This document shows, one piece after another, positions 7,551-17,513 of a stretch of DNA of 64,000 nt. The position numbers were made by a program, and so were the translations under genes. The number at the start of each line of letters is the position of its first letter. The first letter of the stretch is position 1. Under the pieces are notes generated by a model. It was not told the origin of the DNA, did not search any database, and saw only the letters and a list, made by a program, of their open reading frames with translations. Location: assembly GCA_038230095.1 (NCBI GenBank), contig JBBRNT010000002.1, positions 37,341-101,340 on the forward strand, given 5' to 3'. Source of the DNA: Candidatus Saccharimonadia bacterium. Lineage in GTDB: Bacteria; Patescibacteriota; Saccharimonadia; UBA4664; JBBRNT01.

Positions 7551-8464
7551 GTTCGAACCAGCAACGAGGCCTAGGTCGAGGATTTGACGCCCTACTTCCG
7601 ACCGGCATGGACGTAGCACTTGACCCGACGGCCCAGACGGCCGCCAGTGGCGAGCGAGTGGGTGATAGCATTGCTCAGCTCCCGGTGGACAGCGTGGTAC
7701 CCAACCCTCATCAGCCCCGTCTGAACTTTGACGAAGCCGCCCTGGCCCAGTTGACGGACTCGGTGCGGGTACACGGTGTGTTGCAGCCGGTGGTGGTGAC
7801 AAGCCTGGGGGGTGGCCGCTACGAGCTCATAGCTGGCGAGCGGCGCCTGCGGGCTAGCAAGCTAGCCGGCCTAGATTCTATACCGGCCATTATCCGTAGC
7901 TTTGATGAGCAACAGAAGCTAGAGCTGGCGCTCATTGAGAACCTGCAGCGCGAGGACCTCAACCCGCTCGAGGTGGCTACTGCCTACCGCAAGCTGATGG
8001 ACCAATTCAGTTTTACCATGGAGGCACTTGCCAAGCGGGTGGGCCGCGACCAGAGCACTATTTCCAATACCGTGCGGCTGCTTAACCTGCCGACAGATGC
8101 CAAGGCGGCGTTGGTTGCGGGGACCATCTCGGAGGGCCTAGCTCGCCAGATTCTGGCGCTGGATCATCTTCCAGAAAAACAACCCGTTCTACTAGAAATG
8201 ATTATTACTAATGGCTGGACAGTACGCCAGGCGGAGGCCTTTGTCCGGAGCTTTAAACGGGGCAATACCGCTGTCAAAACAGCTCTGAAGAAGTCTCAGA
8301 CAGAGAATACCCTCACGAAGGACCTGGGTGAGTACTTGGGTACAAAAGTTGAACTGTACAAAACAGCCAAGGGTGGCAAGCTCATGATTGAGTATTACTC
8401 GGAGGAAGAGCTGGACCGAATTTATGACGCTATAAAGGGCCGGATTCATCGCCCCAAGAAGTAG
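7547..8464 (+). CDS. parB: ParB/Spo0J partitioning protein
   Basis: GLGRG, NPHQPR, GERRLRA, ENLQREDL. Confidence 0.96.
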   Translation: MSSNQQRGLGRGFDALLPTGMDVALDPTAQTAASGERVGDSIAQLPVDSVVPNPHQPRLNFDEAALAQLTDSVRVHGVLQPVVVTSLGGGRYELIAGERRLRASKLAGLDSIPAIIRSFDEQQKLELALIENLQREDLNPLEVATAYRKLMDQFSFTMEALAKRVGRDQSTISNTVRLLNLPTDAKAALVAGTISEGLARQILALDHLPEKQPVLLEMIITNGWTVRQAEAFVRSFKRGNTAVKTALKKSQTENTLTKDLGEYLGTKVELYKTAKGGKLMIEYYSEEELDRIYDAIKGRIHRPKK

Positions 8465-8484
8465 CCTGCCATGCCTTGGGTAAC

Positions 8485-8515
8485 AAAAAACCGCCCTGGC
8501 TGTGGGCGGTTTTTT
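8485..8515. terminator. Bidirectional terminator (parB / lepB)
   Basis: AAAAAA-CCGCCC-loop-GGGCGG-TTTTTT between convergent genes. Confidence 0.88.
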
Positions 8516-8523
8516 GGCGCGAG

Positions 8524-9261
8524 CTAGAGAAGTGGGAGCAGGTGAGTGGCGATGGTGGGGATGAGTAGAGTGCGCGCGTCTTTGAGAGGGAGCAGTCGCA
8601 CCACGGCCTCGCCAATAATGTAGGACGAGGAGAGATAACCCCACTCGCGGGAGTCGAAGGAGCCGCTTGGCTGGCGGTTATCACCAATCACAAAGACATT
8701 GCCAGCGGGTACGGTGTCATCAAAGCTACCCAGGGTGGTGTCGGCGCCCAGCTTAATGCCGGCGGCAGGGTCGTAGCCAGCTGGGTTCTGAGCGTTGAAG
8801 ATGGTAACTTTGCCATCTTTCACGACTACGTGGTCGCCGGGGACGCCAATGACGCGCTTAACAAACACGAGGCTGGGGTCCTTGGGGTAGTGGAAGACAA
8901 TGATCTCGCCATGCTTGGGGATATAGACCGTCTGCCGCCCAATTAGCTTACCCAGCTTGGCACCGGTTGCTCCGAGCTTGCTAATAATAAGGTAGTCGGC
9001 ATCTTGGAGTGTGGGGGTCATGCTCAGGCCCACAACGTGGAAGGCCTGAAACACAAAATTGTGCAGTATGAAGACAATCGCAACTGGTACTATGACCCAA
9101 TTGAAGATGCCTGCGAGTACAGCTAACACACCTGCAACTACGGCGTTTTTCTGGGGCTCGGCGGCTGGCTCGGCGATTGCTGGCTCTGGAAATACAGAAA
9201 CTGGACTAGCAGCTGGTGTGGGCGGCGTAGGAGGGGTGGTTGGGGGTAGTTCTGGGTTCAT
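8524..9261 (-). CDS. lepB: Signal peptidase I
   Basis: SMTPTL, VKRVIGVPGD, GDNR...SFDSR. Confidence 0.95.
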   Translation of the reverse strand: MNPELPPTTPPTPPTPAASPVSVFPEPAIAEPAAEPQKNAVVAGVLAVLAGIFNWVIVPVAIVFILHNFVFQAFHVVGLSMTPTLQDADYLIISKLGATGAKLGKLIGRQTVYIPKHGEIIVFHYPKDPSLVFVKRVIGVPGDHVVVKDGKVTIFNAQNPAGYDPAAGIKLGADTTLGSFDDTVPAGNVFVIGDNRQPSGSFDSREWGYLSSSYIIGEAVVRLLPLKDARTLLIPTIATHLLPLL

Positions 9262-9345
9262 CTAGGGTAGTATACCCGTTTGGTAGGCTGGCATACAAGA
9301 GCCTACTATTTACCCCAAGTAGGACAAGCGCTATACTGTATGACA

Positions 9346-10827
9346 ATGACTACGTTAGGGTCCGATCAGTCTGGTGACGTTTCTGGTACGCCAAGCCGCC
9401 GGCTTGACGGCCCGACGCGCCAGGTGAAACGAAATATCTTTCCGGTACCCGCGCCCGTGCTGGAAGCACCGCCTGCGAAGCCAATCGAGGCCCCGTTTGC
9501 ATACAAGAAACCAAAGCCACCGCGGCGCTGGAAGCGCGCTATTATTGTCACCATTCTGGCGCTCGTCCTCGGTGTTGGCGGGTACTTTGGGATGAAGCTC
9601 TTTTTGGCCGCGCGGAGTATTATTAGCCGCAACACTACCGGCGGCGCACCAGCGCTGGCCGGTACGGTAGACCCAACCAAGCTGAAGGGCGAGGGGGACG
9701 GGCGCATCAATATTCTACTACTAGGCATTGGCGGACCAGGGCACGACGGGCCATTCTTGTCGGATACTATTATTGTAGCCAGTATTGATCCGACAACTAA
9801 GGAAATTGCCATGCTGAGTCTGCCACGCGACATGTGGATACCCATACCCGGATATGGCTCTTCAAAGATTAACTCGGCCTGTGCCTACGGGGAGAGCGAG
9901 AACTACCCGGGCGGGTGCGGCGCGCTGGCTAAGCTAGCCATCTCGAAGCTGCTGGACTTGCCTATCCACTACTATATACGGGCAGACTTCGACGCCTTTA
10001 AGCAAGCTGTGGACTCGGTTGGGGGGATTAATCTCACCGTGGCGCATGCCCTGTATGACCCCGAGTACCCGTGCGATAAGAACCAGGGGTTAGCCTGTGG
10101 CTATAGCCAGAAGGCCGGTGCGACTCACATGAATGGCATAACTGCGCTTAAGTATGCGAGGTGCCGGAAGGGTAACTGCGACAATGACTTCGGCCGAGCT
10201 GGTCGTCAGCAGCAAGTGCTACTGGCTCTCCGTCAGCAAGCGCTGTCGCTAGACACACTAACTAACCCGGCCAAGATCTCTGGTTTGATAGACTCGGTGG
10301 GCGATCATGTGAAGACAGACATGCAGCTGTTCGAGATAGAGAGACTAGCAAAGATTGTGAAGGATATTGATGCTTCCAAGGTCATTAGCAAGGTACTAGA
10401 TACCTCCCCAGATGGCTTATTGGTAGACTACTCTGCCGATAGCCGCGGCTACATTGAGCTTCCTAAGAGTGGTAACTTTAGTGATATTCAGGAGTTTGCG
10501 CACTCCATATTTGTAGATAGCTACCTGAAGAACGAGGCGGCGAACATTGACGTACAGAATGGCACCCAGAAGAATGGCTTGGCAACTACTGTAGGCAAGA
10601 TGCTGAAAGCTTACGGATATAACATAACCAGTATGACAACCGCAGCCGACCAGAATACCGCCACGACAGTACTCTATGATTACACTGGCGGCAAAAAGCC
10701 GTATACTATCAAGTACTTGGAGTCGAGGCTGAATGTGAAAGTGAAAACTGCGACGCCGGTAAGCGGCGATCCAGATATTCGGATTATTCTAGGCAATGAC
10801 TATAAGCTGCCTTCGACCACCAACTAA
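9346..10827 (+). CDS. LCP (LytR-CpsA-Psr) family protein with LytR C-terminal domain
   Basis: NILLLG, SDTIIV, SLPRD, KINSA, DFGRAGRQQ; C-terminal VQNGT..GLA...IILGND. Confidence 0.92.
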   Translation: MTTLGSDQSGDVSGTPSRRLDGPTRQVKRNIFPVPAPVLEAPPAKPIEAPFAYKKPKPPRRWKRAIIVTILALVLGVGGYFGMKLFLAARSIISRNTTGGAPALAGTVDPTKLKGEGDGRINILLLGIGGPGHDGPFLSDTIIVASIDPTTKEIAMLSLPRDMWIPIPGYGSSKINSACAYGESENYPGGCGALAKLAISKLLDLPIHYYIRADFDAFKQAVDSVGGINLTVAHALYDPEYPCDKNQGLACGYSQKAGATHMNGITALKYARCRKGNCDNDFGRAGRQQQVLLALRQQALSLDTLTNPAKISGLIDSVGDHVKTDMQLFEIERLAKIVKDIDASKVISKVLDTSPDGLLVDYSADSRGYIELPKSGNFSDIQEFAHSIFVDSYLKNEAANIDVQNGTQKNGLATTVGKMLKAYGYNITSMTTAADQNTATTVLYDYTGGKKPYTIKYLESRLNVKVKTATPVSGDPDIRIILGNDYKLPSTTN

Positions 10828-10833
10828 TTACCC

Positions 10834-11577
10834 ATGAAACAATTCTACAGACTAGAGTTTGCTGTCTCGCTAGGCGTTAGCCTGGTTATCCTTATACTCT
10901 GCCGTTACATTGGCGTGACCGTGGCACTACTGTTTGTGGCGCTGCGTGAGGGCGCTTCCTGGTACGGCTCTGACCGCTTGCTCAAAACGCTCCGTAGCAC
11001 TTCAGCGCGCGCAATTGCAGAGTTCTCGGCTGTCCTACTCATTGGGCAGAGTATACGCGCGCCACAACAGATACTCTTGGCCCTAGGGCTCGGGCTGTGG
11101 CTGATCTGGCTCGAGTTAGCCCCGAAAGGGACAACTGCAGCACTTATCACCGCCGGCGTAAGCCAGGCTGGCATAACCATGGCGCTGTTTCTTACCAGCT
11201 CGCTACCCGGCTGGCACTGGTCCAACTGGCTGGTACTGGGCTTTCTGTGGCCTGCGAGCTGGCTTATTGCCTGGCGCCTCCTAGATACCCTTGATGAGCG
11301 TCTAGCACCGGTACTATCCGCCGCCTGGGCACTGGCAGCAGTAGAGATTAGCTGGGTGCTGCTACTCTGGCAGGTATCATATGGACTGCCCGGTGGCTTT
11401 ATCCTGATCCCGCAGGCTACAGTGATCCTGCTGAGCCTGGGCTACTGCTTTCTCAGCATTTACCTAGCCCATCGACGAGCGCAATTGTCTCGGGCCCGGC
11501 TGGCCGAGTACGCCATAATAGGGCTTGGATTGCTGCTGCTAGTACTGGCTGGAACGCGCTGGAACGGTTCCGTTTAA
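10834..11577 (+). CDS. Multi-pass membrane hypothetical protein
   Basis: About 8 hydrophobic segments; co-oriented after LCP. Confidence 0.75.
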   Translation: MKQFYRLEFAVSLGVSLVILILCRYIGVTVALLFVALREGASWYGSDRLLKTLRSTSARAIAEFSAVLLIGQSIRAPQQILLALGLGLWLIWLELAPKGTTAALITAGVSQAGITMALFLTSSLPGWHWSNWLVLGFLWPASWLIAWRLLDTLDERLAPVLSAAWALAAVEISWVLLLWQVSYGLPGGFILIPQATVILLSLGYCFLSIYLAHRRAQLSRARLAEYAIIGLGLLLLVLAGTRWNGSV

Positions 11578-11625
11578 GCTTACTTTCAGCTAACGCTGCC
11601 ACCATTACATATACAAGGAGGGCTT

Positions 11626-12828
11626 ATGCCAAATACTACATCTCAACCAGAAAAATCATCTGACGAACCTGGGCAACCAGATCATGGCCCAGGCTCTGCG
11701 CTGCCCTGGGAGCTGCCAAGCGCTGCCGAGATAGGGAAGAATATGGTGGTTTGGTCATTGGTGGCCGGGCTTATCGGTGGAGTATTGGGTGGCTGGTTTA
11801 TACTGCGGTACGGTAAGTCGACGCTGGTGAAGAACGTAGGCAGCAGTCAAATTCTGGTTCAGGAACAATCGGCCGTGATTGATGTGGCTAAGAAGGTGAG
11901 TCCTAGTGTAGTGAGTATTACCTCGTCGAGTGTAACGACGAACTTCTTCGGCATAGGCCAAACCCAGCAGGGGTCTGGCACGGGCATTATTGTGACGAGT
12001 GATGGCCTGATCGTCACCAACAAGCACGTGGTGCCAGATGGTACGTCGGAGGTCACTGTAGTAACCACTGACGGCAAAGAGTACAAGAACGCCAAAGTGG
12101 TGGCGCGTGACACTACCAACGACCTAGCCTTTGTGCAGGTGGATGCCAAGGGGCTGACGGCTGCCGATCTGGGCGACTCTAGCGCGGTAGTAGTAGGCCA
12201 GCAGGTGGTGGCGATTGGCAATGCGCTGGGGCAGTTCCAGAACACCGTGACGACGGGCATTATCTCCGGGCTAGGCCGCCCTATCACTGCAAGTGATGGC
12301 TCGGCCGGCGGCGAAAGCCTCTCGAACCTACTACAGACAGATGCCGCTATTAATCCTGGTAACTCGGGTGGCCCGCTAGTTAACCTAGCCGGACAGGTCA
12401 TTGGCATTAATACAGCCGTAGCCGGCGAGGCGCAGAACATTGGCTTTGCCATACCTATTAACGAAGTGAAGTCCCTGATTACCAGCGTCTCAGCTACGGG
12501 CAGGATTAGCCGGCCATACCTGGGTGTACGCTATGTCCAGATTACTGCCGACTTCGCTACCCGCAACAATTTGAAGGTGAACGATGGGGCTTATATAATT
12601 GGTGACCAGAACAATCTAGCGGTGCTACCAGGTAGTCCAGCTGCCAAAGTGGGGATACAGTCCGGTGACATTATTACCAAGATTGATGGTAAAACCATTG
12701 ATAAGAACAACTCACTGCAGAGCCTAGTGGCGGACAAGAAGCCGGGCGATAAGGTAGATCTCGAGCTACTGCGCGGCAATGATACAAAGAAGCTATCAGT
12801 AACGCTCGATGAGGCACCCGCTCACTAG
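11626..12828 (+). CDS. htrA: HtrA/DegP-like serine protease with PDZ domain
   Basis: TNKHVV, QTDAAINPGNSGGPL, PDZ GDIITKIDG. Confidence 0.94.
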   Translation: MPNTTSQPEKSSDEPGQPDHGPGSALPWELPSAAEIGKNMVVWSLVAGLIGGVLGGWFILRYGKSTLVKNVGSSQILVQEQSAVIDVAKKVSPSVVSITSSSVTTNFFGIGQTQQGSGTGIIVTSDGLIVTNKHVVPDGTSEVTVVTTDGKEYKNAKVVARDTTNDLAFVQVDAKGLTAADLGDSSAVVVGQQVVAIGNALGQFQNTVTTGIISGLGRPITASDGSAGGESLSNLLQTDAAINPGNSGGPLVNLAGQVIGINTAVAGEAQNIGFAIPINEVKSLITSVSATGRISRPYLGVRYVQITADFATRNNLKVNDGAYIIGDQNNLAVLPGSPAAKVGIQSGDIITKIDGKTIDKNNSLQSLVADKKPGDKVDLELLRGNDTKKLSVTLDEAPAH

Positions 12829-12839
12829 TGCCTGGTGCT

Positions 12840-13205
12840 CTATTGCTCGAAGTGTAGCAGCTGTCCAAGGAGTTCCTGGGCGGCTGCTTCGTCTACCGGG
12901 AAAATGCGGCGTCCGTAAGCCTCTACCAGCTGGTACTGGTCGGTAATAAGATAGTGTCGGGCTTGCTCTTCACGGAAGCTTAGCTCGACGAGCCACTGGT
13001 AGGGAGGGCGGGCCTCGGCGTTGGTAAGATTAATTTCCGCCTCTGCATCCTGGTAGCGGTAAGTACAGCGCTGCATGACGCGAGTGTCATCATCTAGTTC
13101 GTCATCACCGGTGTCGCTTGCCACGAGCTGGCGGGTGGTATGGGCGCGGGCAACCAGCTTCTGCGACAGGTCGAGCAGCTTATGAACGGTTTGGCGATTG
13201 GTCAT
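12840..13205 (-). CDS. Hypothetical protein
   Basis: Overlaps prmC end; plausible composition. Confidence 0.65.
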   Translation of the reverse strand: MTNRQTVHKLLDLSQKLVARAHTTRQLVASDTGDDELDDDTRVMQRCTYRYQDAEAEINLTNAEARPPYQWLVELSFREEQARHYLITDQYQLVEAYGRRIFPVDEAAAQELLGQLLHFEQ

Positions 13206-14004
13206 ATACAAATCCTAATATGAAATAGTCTTGTTCGATAGGAGATAATCCAATTTCGTCAGCTGCAGCGATCAGATCGGCTTGTTGCCAGGGGTCGCAT
13301 TCGGTGAAGAGAAACCCTCCGGGTGCTAGGTGCGCCGGGAGCTGGGTAAGGAAACGCCGGTATAATTCAAGGCCATCGCCATCGCCACCAAACAGCGCTA
13401 CCGCTGGCTCGCGGCGGACTTCGGGCATGAGATCGGCCGAAGTGGTGAGGTAGGGGAGGTTGGTTACAACGGTTTGAAACACGCCCTCTATGGATTTAAA
13501 TAGATCTGATTGAACAAATTTGGTGTTCAACCCAAGCTGGAGTGCATTACGCGCTGCTACGGCTAATGCTGTCGCTGAAACCTCGGTGGCGGTAATGGCT
13601 AGATCGGGTCGGTGCCGAGCCAGCGCGAGTGCTATGGCGCCGGAGCCTGTGCCAATGTCTATGAGGGCCGAGTTCTTAGGCGCGTGCTTCAGTGCAAAGT
13701 CCACCATGCGTTCGGTTTCGACCCTGGGAGTTAGCACCTGATCGTCAATGTAGAAGTTCATACCGTAGAACTCGCGCTGGTGGGTAAGGTGCACCAGGGG
13801 TATACGCTGGGCCCGCTTGGTCAGCAGGGCTTGAAAGGCTCGAGCCTCATCAGATGTGAGCGGATACTCTGGGTGGGCCAGGGCATAGGCGCGTGGCTTT
13901 CCTAGGACGTGGGCTAGTAGCAGTTCAGTGTCTAGGCGGGCGCTGCCAATACCAATAGCGCTGAGAGCGGTTTCTGCCTGGTTGAGCGTGTCTCTTACCG
14001 TCAT
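13180..14004 (-). CDS. prmC: Release factor glutamine methyltransferase
   Basis: [19 protein letters not shown]; coupled to prfA. Confidence 0.94.
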   Translation of the reverse strand: MTVRDTLNQAETALSAIGIGSARLDTELLLAHVLGKPRAYALAHPEYPLTSDEARAFQALLTKRAQRIPLVHLTHQREFYGMNFYIDDQVLTPRVETERMVDFALKHAPKNSALIDIGTGSGAIALALARHRPDLAITATEVSATALAVAARNALQLGLNTKFVQSDLFKSIEGVFQTVVTNLPYLTTSADLMPEVRREPAVALFGGDGDGLELYRRFLTQLPAHLAPGGFLFTECDPWQQADLIAAADEIGLSPIEQDYFILGFVYDQSPNRS

Positions 14005-15065
14005 GAGACCTGGCCGGCGTCGGCCAGAGCGAGGCGGAGGTCTTCGTCTTTCAGTGCTTCGAGCAGGTCGCCAATGTCGCCGGTCATGAAACCGGGCAGG
14101 TTGTGCTGGCTACGGCCAATGCGGTGGTCGGTGACGCGGTCTTGGGGGAAGTTGTAAGTACGGATTTTCTCGGAGCGGTCACCGGAGCCAATCTGCTGGC
14201 GGCGGGCTGAGTCGGTCCTGGTGCGTTCTTCCTCTTGTTTCATGGCAAGCAGACGCGAGCGGAGCACGCCCATGGCTTTGAGCTTATTCTTGAGCTGGCT
14301 TTTCTCGTCTTGGCAGGTGACCACTAAGCCGGAGGGTAGGTGGGTGATGCGGACCGCAGAGTCGGTAGTGTTTACCGACTGGCCGCCATTGCCCCCTGAA
14401 CGATAGACGTCTATGCGCAGATCGCTTTGGTTGATTTCTAGATCGGTCTCCTCGGCTTCGGGCAGGATAGCAACGGTGACAGTGGAGGTATGGATCCGGC
14501 CGCCCGACTCGGTGGAGGGAATGCGTTGGACGCGGTGGACACCCGATTCAAACTTGAGATCGCCATAGACGTCCGTTCCGTTGACACCAAAGATGGCTTC
14601 TTTATAGCCGCCCAGGTCTGAGGGGCTTTCGGAGATAAGCTCGACGCGCCAGCCGCGCACCTCGGCGTAGCGCAGGTACATGCGGAAGAGCTCGCCGGCA
14701 AAGAGACTAGCTTCATCGCCGCCCGCACCAGCACGGATCTCGACGATGGCGTTCTTGTGATCGTTCGGGTCCTTGGGGACTAGGGCGCGCTGGAGCTTGG
14801 CCTGGACGTCGGCTAGCTTCGCTTCGAGCTCGGGTACTTCGGCAACAGCAATCTCATGTAGCTCGGGGTCGTCGAGCGAGGCACGGGTGTCGGCCAGTGT
14901 GAGCTCGATACGGGCTTGCTGATCGTAGAGGTCGAGTAGTGGCTGGAGCTCGCTCTGGCGCTTGGCCAGCTTAATCATTTCCGGGGTACCAAACAGACTC
15001 GCGTCCTGCATTTTCTGCTGGAGCGAGGCGTGTTCGGCGCGGGCATTTTGTTCAGCTGGGCTCAT
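14001..15065 (-). CDS. prfA: Peptide chain release factor 1
   Basis: PxT (PST) and GGQ motifs; SD AAAGGAG before ATG 15065. Confidence 0.97.
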   Translation of the reverse strand: MSPAEQNARAEHASLQQKMQDASLFGTPEMIKLAKRQSELQPLLDLYDQQARIELTLADTRASLDDPELHEIAVAEVPELEAKLADVQAKLQRALVPKDPNDHKNAIVEIRAGAGGDEASLFAGELFRMYLRYAEVRGWRVELISESPSDLGGYKEAIFGVNGTDVYGDLKFESGVHRVQRIPSTESGGRIHTSTVTVAILPEAEETDLEINQSDLRIDVYRSGGNGGQSVNTTDSAVRITHLPSGLVVTCQDEKSQLKNKLKAMGVLRSRLLAMKQEEERTRTDSARRQQIGSGDRSEKIRTYNFPQDRVTDHRIGRSQHNLPGFMTGDIGDLLEALKDEDLRLALADAGQVS

Positions 15066-15093
15066 GGTAGCTCCTTTGTGGGGCCGTGGTAAC

Positions 15094-15128
15094 AAAAAAC
15101 ACTGTCATCATTGTAACAGTGCTTTTTG
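15094..15128 (-). terminator. Terminator between rpmE2 and prfA
   Basis: Minus strand CACTGT...ACAGTG followed by TTTTTT. Confidence 0.6.
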
Positions 15129-15137
15129 GTTTGGTGC

Positions 15138-15500
15138 TTACTGCTCGGAGGAAGTAGCGACAGTTTCGGTGCTGATCTCTTCGGCAATTTCGGCAATAGC
15201 CTCTTCCTCGTTGGACTTGCGAGGCTTCTTGGTAGTAGCGGACTCGGCGCGCTTGGCGGCCTCGGCACGGCGAGCATTGAAGCGATCCACACGACCAGCG
15301 GTATCTACTAGCTTTTGCTTACCTGTGTAGATAGGGTGGCTGGCGCTCGAGAGCTCCATGGTAAATAGGGGATATTCCTGGCCGTCTTCCCACTTAATGC
15401 TCTGGTCGCTTGTAAGCGTAGAGCGGGTGAGGAAGGCGAAGTCTGAGGAGTTATCCTTAAAGACCACTTTGTGATAGTCGGGGTGGATGTTTTGCTTCAT
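15138..15500 (-). CDS. rpmE2: 50S ribosomal protein L31 type B (Zn-free) with C-terminal extension
   Basis: [30 protein letters not shown]. Confidence 0.95.
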   Translation of the reverse strand: MKQNIHPDYHKVVFKDNSSDFAFLTRSTLTSDQSIKWEDGQEYPLFTMELSSASHPIYTGKQKLVDTAGRVDRFNARRAEAAKRAESATTKKPRKSNEEEAIAEIAEEISTETVATSSEQ

Positions 15501-15774
15501 AACCAGGAAAGTGTAATGGAAGTGCGGCTCTAGGTCAAGTCCTAAAAAGCGAGATGGGGAAGTAACTATTGACAAAGTGCGCAAAAGTGGCAATAATATG
15601 TCATCCCCACACCGTCTACCCTGGGAGTACCTGATGAAGACCAGACAGTTGCCAACCGTCAAATCCAGCACACTGCGACTTAGCGTGGCAACACGCGAGT
15701 TCGACACCATGTCCCCGCATAGCATGGCGCCGGCGTACACGCCGACCCAGACCACCGAAGTGCGCAGAGAGAAT

Positions 15775-16077
15775 ATGACTGACATTTTGGTCCCTGACCA
15801 CATTGTAGCCATCCATATCGGGCGAGAGAGCCTGCCGGCGGGAGACTTGCCGGAAGGCTACCAGTGGATCATGCTTCGGAATCTCGCAGTCAGCCACTAC
15901 CATCTGGTGCTCGAGCGCAGCCACCAGGGCTGGACAGTGCGCGACGAAGGCTCAACCAATGGCAGCCGTTTGCAGGACTGTCCAATCGGCCGTGAGCCGA
16001 CGCTGCTTGGCTTTGACCGGTCCGGCCAGTGTGTCATCACCGTCGCCAATGTCCGCATCTTCGTTTCCTGCGGCTAG
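15775..16077 (+). CDS. Stand-alone FHA domain protein (start uncertain, could be 15709 or 15633)
   Basis: IGR...VSHYH...[11 protein letters not shown] motif. Confidence 0.8.
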   Translation: MTDILVPDHIVAIHIGRESLPAGDLPEGYQWIMLRNLAVSHYHLVLERSHQGWTVRDEGSTNGSRLQDCPIGREPTLLGFDRSGQCVITVANVRIFVSCG

Positions 16078-16090
16078 ACCGCCCGCCAAA

Positions 16091-16137
16091 GGCCCGCTTT
16101 CCTATTCTAGTTAATAGGGAAGCGGGCCGGTTTTTTT
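16091..16137 (+). terminator. Intrinsic terminator
   Basis: GGCCCGCTTTCCTATT...AATAGGGAAGCGGGCC followed by T-run. Confidence 0.8.
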
Positions 16138-16204
16138 GACAAAACCGGCAGGTGGGTGAATATTGAAGTAGTCCTATTCCACAACCTTGGGAGTACCCAA
16201 AAAC

Positions 16205-16576
16205 ATGATCACTACCGCTACCACCCCTTTGCAGTTCTTCATTCCGGCCATCAAAGGTACGCGACATGTGAATACCACCGTCACCATCCCGGCAGGTATT
16301 TCGCGCATCCTCCTGGGTAGTGACTACCCTGACGTCGACGCAGCCGCGGGTGAGTTCCATGTCTATGTCGGAGGCGAAGGCGTCTGCCCCAGTCATGCTC
16401 AGCTCGTCTACGACGGTGGTGTCTGGACCATCGATGACCAGGGGAGCACCACGGGTACCAAGATGGCAGGTGAGGTAGTCACTCGTCCGATGCCCCTGCT
16501 GTTCAACCCCGAAAACACCTGCCCGATCCGCCTGGGCCGTCGCTTCATCCACATCAAGCGTTTGGCTGCCGAATAG
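16205..16576 (+). CDS. Degenerate FHA domain protein
   Basis: LGS...VCPSHA...WTIDDQGSTTGT; SD GGGAG. Confidence 0.75.
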   Translation: MITTATTPLQFFIPAIKGTRHVNTTVTIPAGISRILLGSDYPDVDAAAGEFHVYVGGEGVCPSHAQLVYDGGVWTIDDQGSTTGTKMAGEVVTRPMPLLFNPENTCPIRLGRRFIHIKRLAAE

Positions 16577-16593
16577 GCGCCGATCGCTTGTTC

Positions 16594-16633
16594 ATGACCG
16601 CTTTGCTACCTTCGGGTGGTAGAGCGGTCATTT
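16594..16633 (+). terminator. Terminator-like hairpin with cUUCGg loop
   Basis: ATGACCGCTTTGCTACC-TTCG-GGTGGTAGAGCGGTCAT-TT. Confidence 0.65.
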
Positions 16634-16648
16634 ACCTTGTAGACATGA

Positions 16649-16778
16649 TTGCCAAGAAGGGCCAGATCTGATATAGTCACTTGGTTATATTTAAACGAAA
16701 CAACGCACCATTCATCCTGTTTTGCTCATGGGCTACCCAAAAGCAAGACGAGGTGCGCGAAGGAAAGGATTTACTACT
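16649..16778 (+). promoter_or_regulatory. rpsB promoter and structured 5' leader
   Basis: TTGCCA-17-TATAGT (16649-16677); hairpin CGCACC(16704-9)/GGTGCG(16752-7) with inner helices. Confidence 0.65.
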
Positions 16779-17513
16779 ATGGCAGATATTGCCATCAAAG
16801 ATTTACTAGAAGCTGGGGCGCACTTTGGCCACCAGACCCGTCGCTGGAACCCTAAGATGGGCCGGTATATATTCGGCGCCCGCGGCGGAGTGCACATTAT
16901 TGACCTGACTAAGACTGCGGATGCGCTGGAGTCGGCTTTGAAGTTTGTGGAGAAATCCGCTGCACAGGGCGGCAAGGTACTGTTTGTCGGCACTAAGCGC
17001 CAAGGCAAGATGCTGATTAAGGCCGCTGCGCTGTCGGCGGATCAGCCGTACGTAACCGAGCGTTGGCTAGGGGGTATGCTTACCAACCATCGGACAATCC
17101 AGACTCAGGTCAACCGACTCAAGAAGCTGGAAGCCCAGCTCGAGAGCGGCGAGATTGCCTCACGCTACAACAAGAAGGAAACCGCCGATCTGACAGCTGA
17201 GTCCGAGAAGCTGAACCATATTTTTGGTGGCATTAAGCACCTGGATGGTCTACCGGCTGTCATGTTTGTGGTAGATGTACCGCGCGAGATGATTGCTATT
17301 TCCGAGGCTCGCAAGCTGGGCATACCAGTCGTAGCGATCACTGACACCAATGCCGATCCAGACCTGATTGACTACGTGATCCCAGCTAATGATGATGCTA
17401 TTAAGACGATCAAGATTGTGGCCGACGCTATTGCCGCTGCCGCCCGCGAGGGTGCTGCCAAGGCTAAGGCGAGCGCCAGTACTAACGACGAGGAGACTAC
17501 CAATGCCAATTAG
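16779..17513 (+). CDS. rpsB: 30S ribosomal protein S2
   Basis: LLEAGAHFGHQTRRWNPKM, RWLGGMLTN, PANDDA. Confidence 0.98.
   Translation: MADIAIKDLLEAGAHFGHQTRRWNPKMGRYIFGARGGVHIIDLTKTADALESALKFVEKSAAQGGKVLFVGTKRQGKMLIKAAALSADQPYVTERWLGGMLTNHRTIQTQVNRLKKLEAQLESGEIASRYNKKETADLTAESEKLNHIFGGIKHLDGLPAVMFVVDVPREMIAISEARKLGIPVVAITDTNADPDLIDYVIPANDDAIKTIKIVADAIAAAAREGAAKAKASASTNDEETTNAN

Noticed and set aside
6700-8520. parS site near parAB
   Set aside because: No TGTTTCACGTGAAACA-like palindrome found by eye
15501-15812. Long N-terminal extensions on L31, LysRS, SecA, EF-Ts and RRF in the ORF track
   Set aside because: True starts are downstream, supported by SD or -10 placement and family N-termini
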